NCBI GenBank assembly: GCA_963744715.1 | Contig: CAVUUR010000006.1 | Location: 96,001 to 160,000, forward strand | Reading direction: 5' to 3' | Length of the DNA: 64,000 nucleotides | DNA from: an uncultured bacterium | Lineage (GTDB): Bacteria; Babelota; Babeliae; Babelales; JACPOV01 | Shown here: in pieces, positions 38,788 through 48,816 of the stretch | Numbering within the stretch: position 1 is the stretch's first letter | Layout of the letters: every line of letters starts with the position of its first letter | Program-made: the position numbers and the translations under genes | Notes under the pieces: generated by a model | The model's database searches: none | What the model was told of the DNA's origin: nothing | What the model saw: only the letters and a program-made list of their open reading frames with translations

Positions 38788-40389
38788 ATGAAATTATATG
38801 AAAAAAGTAAAATAAAGAGCATTGTACTACTGTTTTTGATAGGAAATGCTTATGCGTATTCTTATCCAAAACCTTTTGGTTCTGGCAATACCTTATGGCG
38901 TTCACGCGATATTCCAGCTGCCAAAGTGGCATATGCACTTTCCGGTATTTCACTGCGGTTTCCCTCTCTTTTTTCTCGTACACCTGAAAGCATGCTCTTT
39001 TTTCTTTCGCAATTGAAAGCAAAAAAAATATTTTGGCATACCTATAATGCGGTTCCCGCCTATAAAGATTTTATTAACAATAACTGTCCCCATGGCCTGC
39101 CGGATTCGCTTGATGCTATACCGGTAATGAGCAAAGAAAATTATATTAAGAAATATGATATTGCCCAAACATTGCTTTGGGGCAAATTTCCTCTGCAAGG
39201 ACAAATTGATACTTCTACCGGTACCAGCGGAAAACCCACTAAATGGATACGCGGTCATCAAGAAATGGAAAATGTAAAATCATGGATTAACATAGCAAGT
39301 AAAGTAGCATTGGGTAACAAACCGTATATTTTTTGTAACATGTTTGCATTGGGCCCATGGGCAACGGGCATGACCTCTGCGTACGCACTTACGGGCAATC
39401 AGTTGATAGTATCGCTTGGTCCCGACATCGATAAATTATATGATACCCTCAAAGATATCGGTCCAGAACATCGCTACGTGATAGCAGGGTACCCACCACA
39501 CATGAAAAAATTTGTAGAAAGTGCACCTTTTGATTTGAAGAAGTACGATATTACGATAGTGGTTGGCGGTGAGGCAATGTCTGAAAATGTATACAACAGT
39601 ATTATAAAGAGTGGCATTAAACAAGTATATTCTTCATACGGAGCAAGTGATCTACGTATTAATATTGGGCAACAAACAGAGTTCGAACAAAAACTACAAC
39701 TGCTCTGTAAGGAAAACTCTGCATTTAAAAAAGAACTGTTAGGGTCTCTTGAGGGTACGCCACTCTTTTTCCATTTCAATCCGTTGCTTGATTATATAGA
39801 AGAAACACAGGATGGTACTTTATTATTTACTGACCTTGATGAAACACGAGTATCCCCACGTATGCGTTATGATCTTGGCGATAAAGGAAAAAGGCTCAAA
39901 ATAAGTACCGTTAAAAATCTTCTTAAAAAATACGGCTATCAGCTAGAACCACAAACTAATTTACCTATTTTATGTTTATACGGTCGCGGAGATGATGCAC
40001 TAACGTTCAATGGCGCTAATCTAATGTATGATGACCTTGAGCGCGCACTGGTGAAAATACCCGGTTTATATCAAAAGATAAATCGTTATGCCTATAATAA
40101 ATTTGAAAACAAAAATCTTGATCAACAACTTGAATTTTGGATTGAACTTAAAAAAAATGTATCGCTTGATGATCTTGGAATGGATCCAGAAACACTTAAT
40201 CAACGAATAATAACTGCTCTTGGTGAAGTCAATCAGGATTTTAAAGCTCAGATTGAGTATATTCAACACAATAAGGATTCTAATTTACCGCTGCCTTCTA
40301 CACTTGCATACGAGCATGACAAATCTCCTATGGTAGAACAAGGCGCGCACCATAAAAATAAATATGTATATAACGTTGTGCTCAAATAA
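38788..40389 (+). CDS. phenylacetate--CoA ligase (PaaK/CapK-like) adenylate-forming enzyme
   Basis: VPAY, TSTGTSGKP, AGYPP, GGE, YGASD, RYDLGD, GR.DD. Confidence 0.88.
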   Translation: MKLYEKSKIKSIVLLFLIGNAYAYSYPKPFGSGNTLWRSRDIPAAKVAYALSGISLRFPSLFSRTPESMLFFLSQLKAKKIFWHTYNAVPAYKDFINNNCPHGLPDSLDAIPVMSKENYIKKYDIAQTLLWGKFPLQGQIDTSTGTSGKPTKWIRGHQEMENVKSWINIASKVALGNKPYIFCNMFALGPWATGMTSAYALTGNQLIVSLGPDIDKLYDTLKDIGPEHRYVIAGYPPHMKKFVESAPFDLKKYDITIVVGGEAMSENVYNSIIKSGIKQVYSSYGASDLRINIGQQTEFEQKLQLLCKENSAFKKELLGSLEGTPLFFHFNPLLDYIEETQDGTLLFTDLDETRVSPRMRYDLGDKGKRLKISTVKNLLKKYGYQLEPQTNLPILCLYGRGDDALTFNGANLMYDDLERALVKIPGLYQKINRYAYNKFENKNLDQQLEFWIELKKNVSLDDLGMDPETLNQRIITALGEVNQDFKAQIEYIQHNKDSNLPLPSTLAYEHDKSPMVEQGAHHKNKYVYNVVLK

Positions 40390-40422
40390 CAACTTGTCGG
40401 AATATAAGTAGTTTTGCAAAAC

Positions 40423-40450
40423 AAAACCCTCGATTTAGAGTCGAGGGGTT
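40423..40450. terminator. hairpin terminator between convergent genes
   Basis: AACCCTCGA...TCGAGGGGTT. Confidence 0.65.
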
Positions 40451-40474
40451 CCGAATATCTTATAGGATGATGTA

Positions 40475-40951
40475 TCATTCTTGTGACCGTAAATTTTTGG
40501 CAATCACTACCATTGCATTACACCATGCATCAACTTCTCCCTTTGGATAAACTTCCTGCATATAAACCGAACTATATATCCCATTTGGATCGGGCTTATA
40601 TTTTTGTTCAAATTCTTCCTTAACTTTGCCTGCTTGCAGAACTTCATGTACTTTAGGTAGTTTTTCTTTAGTTTCTTGCGCATAATCTAACGGCGTTTTA
40701 TCGGCCTTATCTTTAACATTAACACTAAGGCCATGTATAATTAACCAAGCGGCATCGGAGGCTTGATTTACATCAAAAGATACCAATTCTGAATCGTCAA
40801 CACCTGATAATATTGGTACAAGATGTAAAGGCGTCCTACCAAGAATATCCGTAGTATGAATATCTAAACTTTTTTTGCTAATATTTTCTTCCATGCTTTT
40901 TACAATACATGGAGTAATAAGAAGCAATGAAATAATAATTATCTTTTTCAT
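40475..40951 (-). CDS. secreted ankyrin-like protein
   Basis: GRTPLH, VNVKDKADKTPLDYA; signal MKKIIII...KSMEE. Confidence 0.82.
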   Translation of the reverse strand: MKKIIIISLLLITPCIVKSMEENISKKSLDIHTTDILGRTPLHLVPILSGVDDSELVSFDVNQASDAAWLIIHGLSVNVKDKADKTPLDYAQETKEKLPKVHEVLQAGKVKEEFEQKYKPDPNGIYSSVYMQEVYPKGEVDAWCNAMVVIAKNLRSQE

Positions 40952-41171
40952 ACAACAACTCTCCTGCTTAATATAACAATACTATGAATTCCTAGTACTT
41001 TACTCTTTACCATAAAAATATTCAAGCGTGTTTGGCTTTTTTTAATTTCCCAAAGAGCCAAAATTTGCCTTAATAAAGCCCTTTTTTTATTGATTTTACT
41101 CTCTTTTTTATGCTATTATTAAATTTGTATTACTAATTGTGCAATATAAGCCTTAAAAAGGGGAAAAAGCT

Positions 41172-41456
41172 ATGCACGTGAAATATTCTGTTTATATGTT
41201 TTTATTCCTACTATCATGCGACCTACTCGATGCTAGTTACATGAGTATTTGCAAAAACAAACAGCAATGCCAGGATTTAAAGAATTCGTGCCAATGTTAT
41301 TGTTCACGCAAATGTGGGCCCCGCGATAAAAAACCTGATGACAAACCAGTTTTTGTTGCTGATGATCCTCGCGGTTATCGTTGCTATTGTAAACAATGGG
41401 ATCTTGATCACGTTGACGAATGCAATCCAATACAGCCGCCTATTGACAACCAATAG
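41172..41456 (+). CDS. small secreted Cys-rich protein
   Basis: Signal peptide; 9 Cys in the mature part (CQCYCSRKCG, CYCKQWD). Confidence 0.75.
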   Translation: MHVKYSVYMFLFLLSCDLLDASYMSICKNKQQCQDLKNSCQCYCSRKCGPRDKKPDDKPVFVADDPRGYRCYCKQWDLDHVDECNPIQPPIDNQ

Positions 41457-41696
41457 TAATTATTGGTCGAGTTTCTCTATCAATACTTTTTTGTTCTTTT
41501 AGAATAGTAGTAATTATATTTTTGCCACCACATATTGTGCCATATCTTTTTTAGTACTCAACATATTTTCAAAAAAATATATCTACGTAGTTATCAAAAA
41601 AATAACCTTTTAATATACAAATTTTTATTGTATTATTCTTTCCGTTTACTATAGCAAACTTATTTTTATTATCTCTTTAACGCAGAAAATATCATT

Positions 41697-42707
41697 ATGA
41701 AAAGTTACACACTATCATCCAAGTCACTCCACTCTATGCTCGTGACACAAATCTTACTGATGAACTGGCAATGTTTGATTGGCAACCCAAACGATCCTAC
41801 TAAAGAATCGAATAATGAAATCGCTATCGATAATTTCAGAAAGGCGGTTGAGGATATTGTATCAAACCGTAGTTATGTTCATGCAGGATCCGCTGGGGGA
41901 AAAATTACAAAAATTATAAACGACCTTAACGACAAAAATATTGTTGGCATGGTTCGCTTTAATAAAAATCAAACATTACTCCATGTAGCTGGGCAACTAA
42001 GATCAGCATGTTTAATTAAATTATTGATTAAACGATATAAATTTAACCCTCTCATTGAAGATGGCGATGGAAATAAGCCAAGCAATTACCTTGTTGTATC
42101 AGATGACTCACTTTTAAAAGGGGAACAAGCTCGAAAATATTTAGCATTTAGCGAAACAATGCAAAAGTACAAAGATAATGCTTCCGCCGTAAATGCTTTA
42201 GTGAGCTTGAGTCAAAATAAAACCGCCAGGAAAGCTCGAAACATTACATTAGAGGATAACAATGCAATTGACCCGAACGTAACACAAAAATCTGATCACC
42301 CGACGACATTTGTAGAAAAGATTATCAGCGCATGCCGATCCATAGATGACCCGCAAGAACGTCTTATATACTGCATTAACATTTTAAAACCAGGCGATGC
42401 AAAATATACCAAAAATGGCTGGTTTATCAAAACAATCATGTGCTTTGATGGATGCTTTAAGTTAAATAAGGAATTTATTGAATCAACCATCGTGGACGAT
42501 AAAAATCAATATACCCTCATTGATATAGCGGTACGCTATGGACAATTAAAATTACTAAAATATCTTATAAATGAGAAAAAAATTGCGCTTGATACTACCA
42601 AGTTACATCAATTAGCCAGAGCAAATAATCGTACAACGACGCTACAATATCTGGAAACTCTGGACAGCACCTTAAAAGACGTTACGAGAAAAAGAAAACG
42701 GATATAA
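41697..42707 (+). CDS. ankyrin repeat protein with C-terminal basic motif
   Basis: QTLLHVAG, TLIDIAVRYGQLKLLKYLI; ends TRKRKRI. Confidence 0.8.
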   Translation: MKSYTLSSKSLHSMLVTQILLMNWQCLIGNPNDPTKESNNEIAIDNFRKAVEDIVSNRSYVHAGSAGGKITKIINDLNDKNIVGMVRFNKNQTLLHVAGQLRSACLIKLLIKRYKFNPLIEDGDGNKPSNYLVVSDDSLLKGEQARKYLAFSETMQKYKDNASAVNALVSLSQNKTARKARNITLEDNNAIDPNVTQKSDHPTTFVEKIISACRSIDDPQERLIYCINILKPGDAKYTKNGWFIKTIMCFDGCFKLNKEFIESTIVDDKNQYTLIDIAVRYGQLKLLKYLINEKKIALDTTKLHQLARANNRTTTLQYLETLDSTLKDVTRKRKRI

Positions 42708-42749
42708 TAAATACTCATGGTATTGAACGTGATGCTATGAAATTTTAAC

Positions 42750-43466
42750 ATGAAAAAAATAGGCCAGAAAAATATTACTTTAGACAACGAATTAATCATG
42801 ACAACTGTATTTCTCCAATTGGAAAAACTTCTCTTACCCCTAAGCAATAAAGAGCTTGCTGCCGTACAACGTAAATACCTCAAAAACAACTTTGATTTTA
42901 TCGGTATACAAAAACCAGTTCTGCTCAAAGTACAACAAGATCTGCTCAAACAATTTCCCATTAAACATGAAGAGGAATTAATAGAAGTCGTAACGCAGTT
43001 GTGGCAAAAACATGAACGTGAATATCATTATCTTGCTTGTAATATTGCTCAAAAATTTCACCGGTTATGGACACCAAATATGTTTCCATTATTTGAAACG
43101 ATGATTCGAACAAAATCATGGTGGGATACGGTAGATACTATTGCAGCAAATTTAATCGGGCCACTCGTTGCCCGCTATCCATTATTAAAATCCACCTTGG
43201 ATTTTTGGATACGTGATGAATATATGTGGGCACGAAGAACTGCGTTGATCTATCAGTTACGATACAAAAAAAATACTGATTACAAAAGATTGTTTATGTA
43301 TTGCTCAGCAACCATGCATGAGAAAGAATTTTTTATACGAAAAGCTATAGGATGGGCGTTACGAGAATACTCAAAAACTAATCCCGCGCATGTCGCTACC
43401 TTTATAGAAACCAATAAAAATAATCTTTCTTACTTGAGCATCAAAGAAGGTAGTAAGTATATTTAA
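42750..43466 (+). CDS. DNA alkylation repair protein (AlkD family)
   Basis: LW...ERE, SWWDTVD, W.RR.AL..QL, EFFIRKAIGWALREYSKT. Confidence 0.92.
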   Translation: MKKIGQKNITLDNELIMTTVFLQLEKLLLPLSNKELAAVQRKYLKNNFDFIGIQKPVLLKVQQDLLKQFPIKHEEELIEVVTQLWQKHEREYHYLACNIAQKFHRLWTPNMFPLFETMIRTKSWWDTVDTIAANLIGPLVARYPLLKSTLDFWIRDEYMWARRTALIYQLRYKKNTDYKRLFMYCSATMHEKEFFIRKAIGWALREYSKTNPAHVATFIETNKNNLSYLSIKEGSKYI

Positions 43467-43576
43467 AGCACCCAATCATCCCTATTTTTCTCGACCTATT
43501 TTTGCTAAATTTGATTTATTATCTATACTAGGAATCATGTGCGTGTAACTAAAGTATTTAATACAAAGGGATTTTT

Positions 43577-44119
43577 ATGAAAAAACAAATGTTATTGTTG
43601 TCTCTGGCAACAACGTTAATAATGTATGCAGAAGAAAGTTCGACTCCTGCAGAACCAAATGATATACCGGCAATCATTCAAGAAATTCAAAAAGTAGATG
43701 AACAATTTTCACAGTTGCCAGAAACATCAAAAATAAGAAATGCTTGTAGCTTCACCAATAAGAAAAATACATATTGTGATAAAATAAGAACATTCCTTTA
43801 TTGCGCTAAAAATTATCTTCCAAAAGAACACGTTCAAAAAACATGTCAAAATTCAAAACATAATGCTGAACAACGTCGCCTAATAGCAATTGATGCACAA
43901 TGTTCATCCGATTGTTGGAATAAGAGTTTTCTTGATCATCCGTACAGGTATTTTCAACTTTATTCTAGGCTTTTATGTGAACAACTCGATCTTTCTCCGG
44001 AAGAATCTACACAAGAAATGGCAGACTTATTACATGTTTTAGAAACATTACAAGAACAATGCCATGCACAATACAAAGAATCTAAGAATCAAGAAAAAGA
44101 TGCTCCTGATTTTTTTTAA
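43577..44119 (+). CDS. secreted hypothetical protein
   Basis: Signal peptide; Cys-containing helical protein; followed by a terminator. Confidence 0.7.
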   Translation: MKKQMLLLSLATTLIMYAEESSTPAEPNDIPAIIQEIQKVDEQFSQLPETSKIRNACSFTNKKNTYCDKIRTFLYCAKNYLPKEHVQKTCQNSKHNAEQRRLIAIDAQCSSDCWNKSFLDHPYRYFQLYSRLLCEQLDLSPEESTQEMADLLHVLETLQEQCHAQYKESKNQEKDAPDFF

Positions 44120-44135
44120 TGTAACTATGTAGAAC

Positions 44136-44170
44136 AAAAAAAAGAGGATCGTAATTGCGATCCTCTTTTT
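44136..44170 (+). terminator. Rho-independent terminator
   Basis: AAAAAGAGGATCG...CGATCCTCTTTTT. Confidence 0.85.
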
Positions 44171-44251
44171 ACTTTAATTGAAATCTTATCTAAGTTTTAA
44201 TAAACTTGAAAAAATATAAACTTTTTTCGGAAACTACCATAGGATGTACTA

Positions 44252-44920
44252 ATGAATAAATTTCATAGAACCAGTATATTTGTACTTATCACTAATCTGT
44301 TGATGCTATCCGGTTGCAACAACAAACAGTCTGAAACCGATCAACCTAACAATAATGAAAAAGCAGTCATGAAAAAACCTACTATCCATATTATTCTTGG
44401 TAGCACACGGCAAGGTCGAACCTCCGACAAAATAGGAACCGCCATCAAAAACATGGCTGATAAAAGAACTGACATCATTACTGAAATTATTGATTTAAAA
44501 GATTATAATCTTCCTTTTTTTAATGACGAGGTTGCTCCTGCTTCACGAGAAACCATTGGCGATCCATTAATAAAAAAATGGTCTGATACAATAAAAAGAG
44601 CCGATGCATTCATTATAGTAACACCAGAATATAATTCCGGTTATCCAGGCGTATTAAAAAATGCATTAGATAGTTTGTATAAAGAATGGAATAATAAACC
44701 GGTAACCTTTGTAGGATATTCGGGTGGGCCATCCGGCGGCAGTTCAGCTATCGCACAGTTACAACAAGTTGCACGTGCATTAAAAATGACACCGGTTTCT
44801 GCTACGATCACTATTCCAAGTGCATGGAAAGCTTTTGATCAAAAAGGGAATTTAACCGCTAAAAATATCGAACAAGAATTAAATACGAGCATCGATCAAC
44901 TAATTAATGCTAAAAAATAA
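44252..44920 (+). CDS. NADPH-dependent FMN reductase with lipoprotein signal
   Basis: ILGSTRQGR, VTPEYNSGYPGVLKNALD, EW.NKP; lipobox LSGC. Confidence 0.9.
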   Translation: MNKFHRTSIFVLITNLLMLSGCNNKQSETDQPNNNEKAVMKKPTIHIILGSTRQGRTSDKIGTAIKNMADKRTDIITEIIDLKDYNLPFFNDEVAPASRETIGDPLIKKWSDTIKRADAFIIVTPEYNSGYPGVLKNALDSLYKEWNNKPVTFVGYSGGPSGGSSAIAQLQQVARALKMTPVSATITIPSAWKAFDQKGNLTAKNIEQELNTSIDQLINAKK

Positions 44921-45431
44921 CTCATGTTCACCAATTCATCTAGATCTTCTTGTAGCGCAACAATATTATGAATCATGTGGATTGTTATGCACCAATATAA
45001 TTCAAGAAAAAGAAAGTACTGAGTATGGTGCCTGTACCTTTGAAATTAATAATCGACACATTGCCTTTAGAGTAGCAAAAATAACCCCAACAAAAGTTGG
45101 ACAGTTTGTTACGCTTTGGAAACGACTCGACACCGGAATTATTGCGCCATATGATACCGCAGACCCAGTAGATTTAGTTATTATAAGCGTTCGGAAAGAA
45201 GATCGTTTGGGTCAATTTGTTTTTCCCAAAACTGTTTTGCACAAAAAAGATATTTTTTCACACAAAGGCACGGGAGGCAAACGAGCTTTGCGCGTCTACC
45301 CTCCTTGGGATATAGCAAACAGTAATCAGGCCAAGGATACTCAAGCATGGCAATTGCACTACTTTTTTGAAATTACTATAACTGCGGTTGCTAAAAGTAA
45401 TAGTATTCATTCATTACTTTTAGCGCACTAA
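44907..45431 (+). CDS. MepB family protein
   Basis: E.ES.EYGA, RVAKITPTKVGQFVTLWKR, GKRALRVYPPW. Confidence 0.9.
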   Translation: MLKNNSCSPIHLDLLVAQQYYESCGLLCTNIIQEKESTEYGACTFEINNRHIAFRVAKITPTKVGQFVTLWKRLDTGIIAPYDTADPVDLVIISVRKEDRLGQFVFPKTVLHKKDIFSHKGTGGKRALRVYPPWDIANSNQAKDTQAWQLHYFFEITITAVAKSNSIHSLLLAH

Positions 45432-45448
45432 AAAATTATAGGCTATCT

Positions 45449-46294
45449 ATGTATGTAAAACAAAATATACCCGATATACTAACATCTCTTTCTGCTCGAT
45501 GGCATTTAACTAATATAAGACCATTAGTGCCAGTTCAATGTAACAATAATTATGTTGCGGTTGCCTATAGCGCACAGTACAAAACCGATGTTGTAGTAAA
45601 AATTTTAATAGCCAATACTCGTGAACCGGAAGCATTAAAACTTTTTAATGGAAATGGTTGTGTAACATTACTGGATTATGATCCGGATACACGAGGACTT
45701 TTATTGGAGTATATAAAACCAGGAACAACTCTTAGAACGCTGTTTCCCGAACATGATTCTCAAGCCATTAGCATTGCTGCACAACTCGTACAAAAATTAC
45801 ACACAAAAAATCTTATGGCACACGCGCATAGTTTTCCAACCATTAATCAATGGCTCGATGTATTACATACCACTAAGAGTAAAAAAATTCCTGCGCATCT
45901 TTTAACAAAAGCTCAACAATTATCTGCAACATTATTGGCTTTAAAACAAAAATTGTATCTATTGCACGGGGATTTACATCATGAAAATATTTTACAACGT
46001 GGTCAAGAATGGATTGCCATTGACCCTAAAGGTGTCATTGGGCCGTTAGAATATGAAGTTGGTAGATTTATTATGAATCCTATTCCGGATTTACTTGAAC
46101 AATCTAATGTAGCGGCAATAATCAACAACAGAATTGCCACGTTCAGTAACATTTTCGGCTTTGAACAACACCGTTTACGTGATTGGACATTCGTACAAGC
46201 TGTTTTAAGTGCATGCTGGACGGAACAAGGTGGAAGTGAAGATTTTTTTAACTATTTCATCAGATGCGCAAACACCCTAGAAAACTTATCTTAG
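45449..46294 (+). CDS. APH(6)/hydroxyurea-type aminoglycoside phosphotransferase family protein
   Basis: E..AL..F.G.G.V.LL, LLLE...PG, LHGDLHHENIL, W.AIDPKG. Confidence 0.9.
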   Translation: MYVKQNIPDILTSLSARWHLTNIRPLVPVQCNNNYVAVAYSAQYKTDVVVKILIANTREPEALKLFNGNGCVTLLDYDPDTRGLLLEYIKPGTTLRTLFPEHDSQAISIAAQLVQKLHTKNLMAHAHSFPTINQWLDVLHTTKSKKIPAHLLTKAQQLSATLLALKQKLYLLHGDLHHENILQRGQEWIAIDPKGVIGPLEYEVGRFIMNPIPDLLEQSNVAAIINNRIATFSNIFGFEQHRLRDWTFVQAVLSACWTEQGGSEDFFNYFIRCANTLENLS

Positions 46295-46321
46295 TATATT
46301 AAATGACCCTTCAAAAAAATA

Positions 46322-46978
46322 TTATATTACTTGACCAAGAAGACTCTTAACAAACACAGTAATTCTATTCTGTTCACGGTAATTGTTATGAAAAATATAT
46401 TTATGTATAATTTCAGCAACCCTATCAACACTATTTAATACAATCGTATCATCCGCTACAGGCTGTATTGCTATTAGTCCTGTGTCAGCTAATGCCATAA
46501 AAAAATCTTTATCCTGATGCGTATCAAATTGTTCTTGCGTCAAAATTGGCTTTTCATCGTTAACCCAATAAAGAATACGTCCACTATGATCATCCAAATT
46601 TTTGATAGAAGACAAAATAGTACACTCATCGACAGTGAGATTCTTATGAAGCATAATTTTTTCTATTGCTTCTTCGTAGTGAATGATGAACATGCGGTCA
46701 TACAAGGTTCTTGTTCGATCAACTAGCCAATGCATGCCTTTGCCTTCATTAAAAGCATAGTCAAGCCCAATTATCATAGCAGCGGTCGTTGCTACAGCAA
46801 TCCCCTTGGCAAGCAATGGATGTCTGCGCATAAAATGTTTCATGCGAAAAGAAATATCTTTTTCATGATAATCTTGTACTATCTTTTCTCTCAATAACAT
46901 ATCTTCTATGGAAGATGAATCAGATGCTACTGTTACATTGGCCACAATAAGCCACACACTGAGAAATAATTTTTTCAT
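46322..46978 (-). CDS. hypothetical exported protein
   Basis: Signal peptide plus one TM-like segment. Confidence 0.7.
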   Translation of the reverse strand: MKKLFLSVWLIVANVTVASDSSSIEDMLLREKIVQDYHEKDISFRMKHFMRRHPLLAKGIAVATTAAMIIGLDYAFNEGKGMHWLVDRTRTLYDRMFIIHYEEAIEKIMLHKNLTVDECTILSSIKNLDDHSGRILYWVNDEKPILTQEQFDTHQDKDFFMALADTGLIAIQPVADDTIVLNSVDRVAEIIHKYIFHNNYREQNRITVFVKSLLGQVI

Positions 46979-47170
46979 GATAAGGTTAACCCACTAATTA
47001 TATATACAAAAAGAGTAATATTATTTAAGAGTATAGCAATAACGATTTATTGTAAAATAAAAAAGTTTACTAACACAACACATTCTCTCTCATAATAATA
47101 AAAAATAGTTACTATTTTTTTAAAGCTTTATTAGAAAATTTTTGCATTAAAGGTTAAAGACCTTGTGAAA

Positions 47171-48751
47171 TTAATGGGACCGTGCCTTTTTTGTTTTGTT
47201 GTAATGCATTGCACTAAGAACGAATACATCATTGTCTCGATCTTCAGCTTGCTCAATACTTGTTTTATCGTTAAAATTTTTGATATCAGTTCTTGCTCCA
47301 TGGGCAAGCAGCAAGTCGATAATTTTAGGTATTGCATATTGTTCTGCATAATGCAAAGGGGTGTTCAAATCAAGATCTTGAATATTTACTCGGGCGTTAT
47401 GTTGTAACAAAAAATCCGTCGTTTCAACTAAATTTTTTTCTACCGCATAATAGAGCAATGTTTTTCTTACTTCATCACGCACATTAATAAAGTCAATAAA
47501 GGTTTTGGATGCCTTTGCATAAAAATTTACTAATTCCTCTTTTATTTTTTGATCTTCATCGATGCGTTCAGAACGTGAAAAGCCAAGATCCTCAAGAGTA
47601 GTAAACAACGTAATAAATTCATTCCATAGCTCATCGCTAGCAAGATTGATAATCGGCCGGCCGCGTGATTTAAATCGTCTGAACGTTTTGGATGGATCTT
47701 CTGCTAAATATGTCCATGTTCTTGCTATCAGTATTGGGTACAATGCTATTCCTCGGCCTTGTATATTAAAAACAACCGAATCATTTGCAGTACCAAGACT
47801 AACTAGTTCTTTTCCTGCAAATTGATTCACTAAAATTTTTTTTACGTTAGCGCAATGAGTGCCTCCTGCATAAACAATGGTGTGATTAGAGGGGGATGCG
47901 AATAATTTAATGAGAAACTCCATGTCAGCAACTTTTTCCATAAATTCCCACAACAGTGTATCCAATTCAGTTTGTCTACATTCCGTTCTGATAATGTCTC
48001 TAAATTCACGCAAGGTCATAGACCGAGACCGATCACGATCTATTATTTCATCTACATACCTATAGAATGGCATTATTGTTCCCTGCATACACATATTCCA
48101 TAATCTACGTAATGCCCCATAATACTGTTTAAACCCATTTTTTTTAACGTTCTCAAGGTCCTGTTCCGCCTTAGAGGTTTTAGGATCGGCTAATTGAGCT
48201 ATAATAGCAAGGTAACGTTGCGCTGAAATATCCAATATTTTATCAGGAAGCACTACTCCCCTCATTAACATTAAGTGTGTCAAATCGATATTAGGAGCAC
48301 CATTGCGATAAGTATCTCCATTATTATATACTACCGATGCATGGTTACTTGGGGCAAATTCTTTTTTTAATCTAAGGCTATATACAAGCCAATTAAATGA
48401 AACCGGATCACTCAGAAGATTAGAATCTGACCGGCCAACCGGTTCCTCCCATAATAGTTCTATAGGATTTTTTTGTGCAGCTAATTTTCGTAACGTGATT
48501 AATAACGTTCTTTCTGATGTAGTAAAAGCACTTTGCTCATCAACGGCAAGATATCGCTTCCGTTTTCTTGATGGTTTTTTAACGAATTCATGTACGGGAA
48601 CATGCCAATCCGATATAAGATCTACTGTTTTGATGATAGTATTACCATCGGCAATAACAATTCGTTCATAGTTAAAAGGAAGCCCATTAATTATAGTATT
48701 GATGGGAGCTACTATTAAAAGTACGATGAACCATTTATTGAACATGATCAA
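47171..48751 (-). CDS. secreted protein with C-terminal ankyrin repeats
   Basis: DLISDWH, LLWEE, YAGGTH; KTLLYYAVE, NTPLHYA. Confidence 0.88.
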   Translation of the reverse strand: MIMFNKWFIVLLIVAPINTIINGLPFNYERIVIADGNTIIKTVDLISDWHVPVHEFVKKPSRKRKRYLAVDEQSAFTTSERTLLITLRKLAAQKNPIELLWEEPVGRSDSNLLSDPVSFNWLVYSLRLKKEFAPSNHASVVYNNGDTYRNGAPNIDLTHLMLMRGVVLPDKILDISAQRYLAIIAQLADPKTSKAEQDLENVKKNGFKQYYGALRRLWNMCMQGTIMPFYRYVDEIIDRDRSRSMTLREFRDIIRTECRQTELDTLLWEFMEKVADMEFLIKLFASPSNHTIVYAGGTHCANVKKILVNQFAGKELVSLGTANDSVVFNIQGRGIALYPILIARTWTYLAEDPSKTFRRFKSRGRPIINLASDELWNEFITLFTTLEDLGFSRSERIDEDQKIKEELVNFYAKASKTFIDFINVRDEVRKTLLYYAVEKNLVETTDFLLQHNARVNIQDLDLNTPLHYAEQYAIPKIIDLLLAHGARTDIKNFNDKTSIEQAEDRDNDVFVLSAMHYNKTKKARSH

Positions 48752-48816
48752 ATCCTTTTTTTACTCTTTTTTGATAGGAAAAATAATTTTTTTTCTAATC
48801 AAGCCCCAAAAATTTA

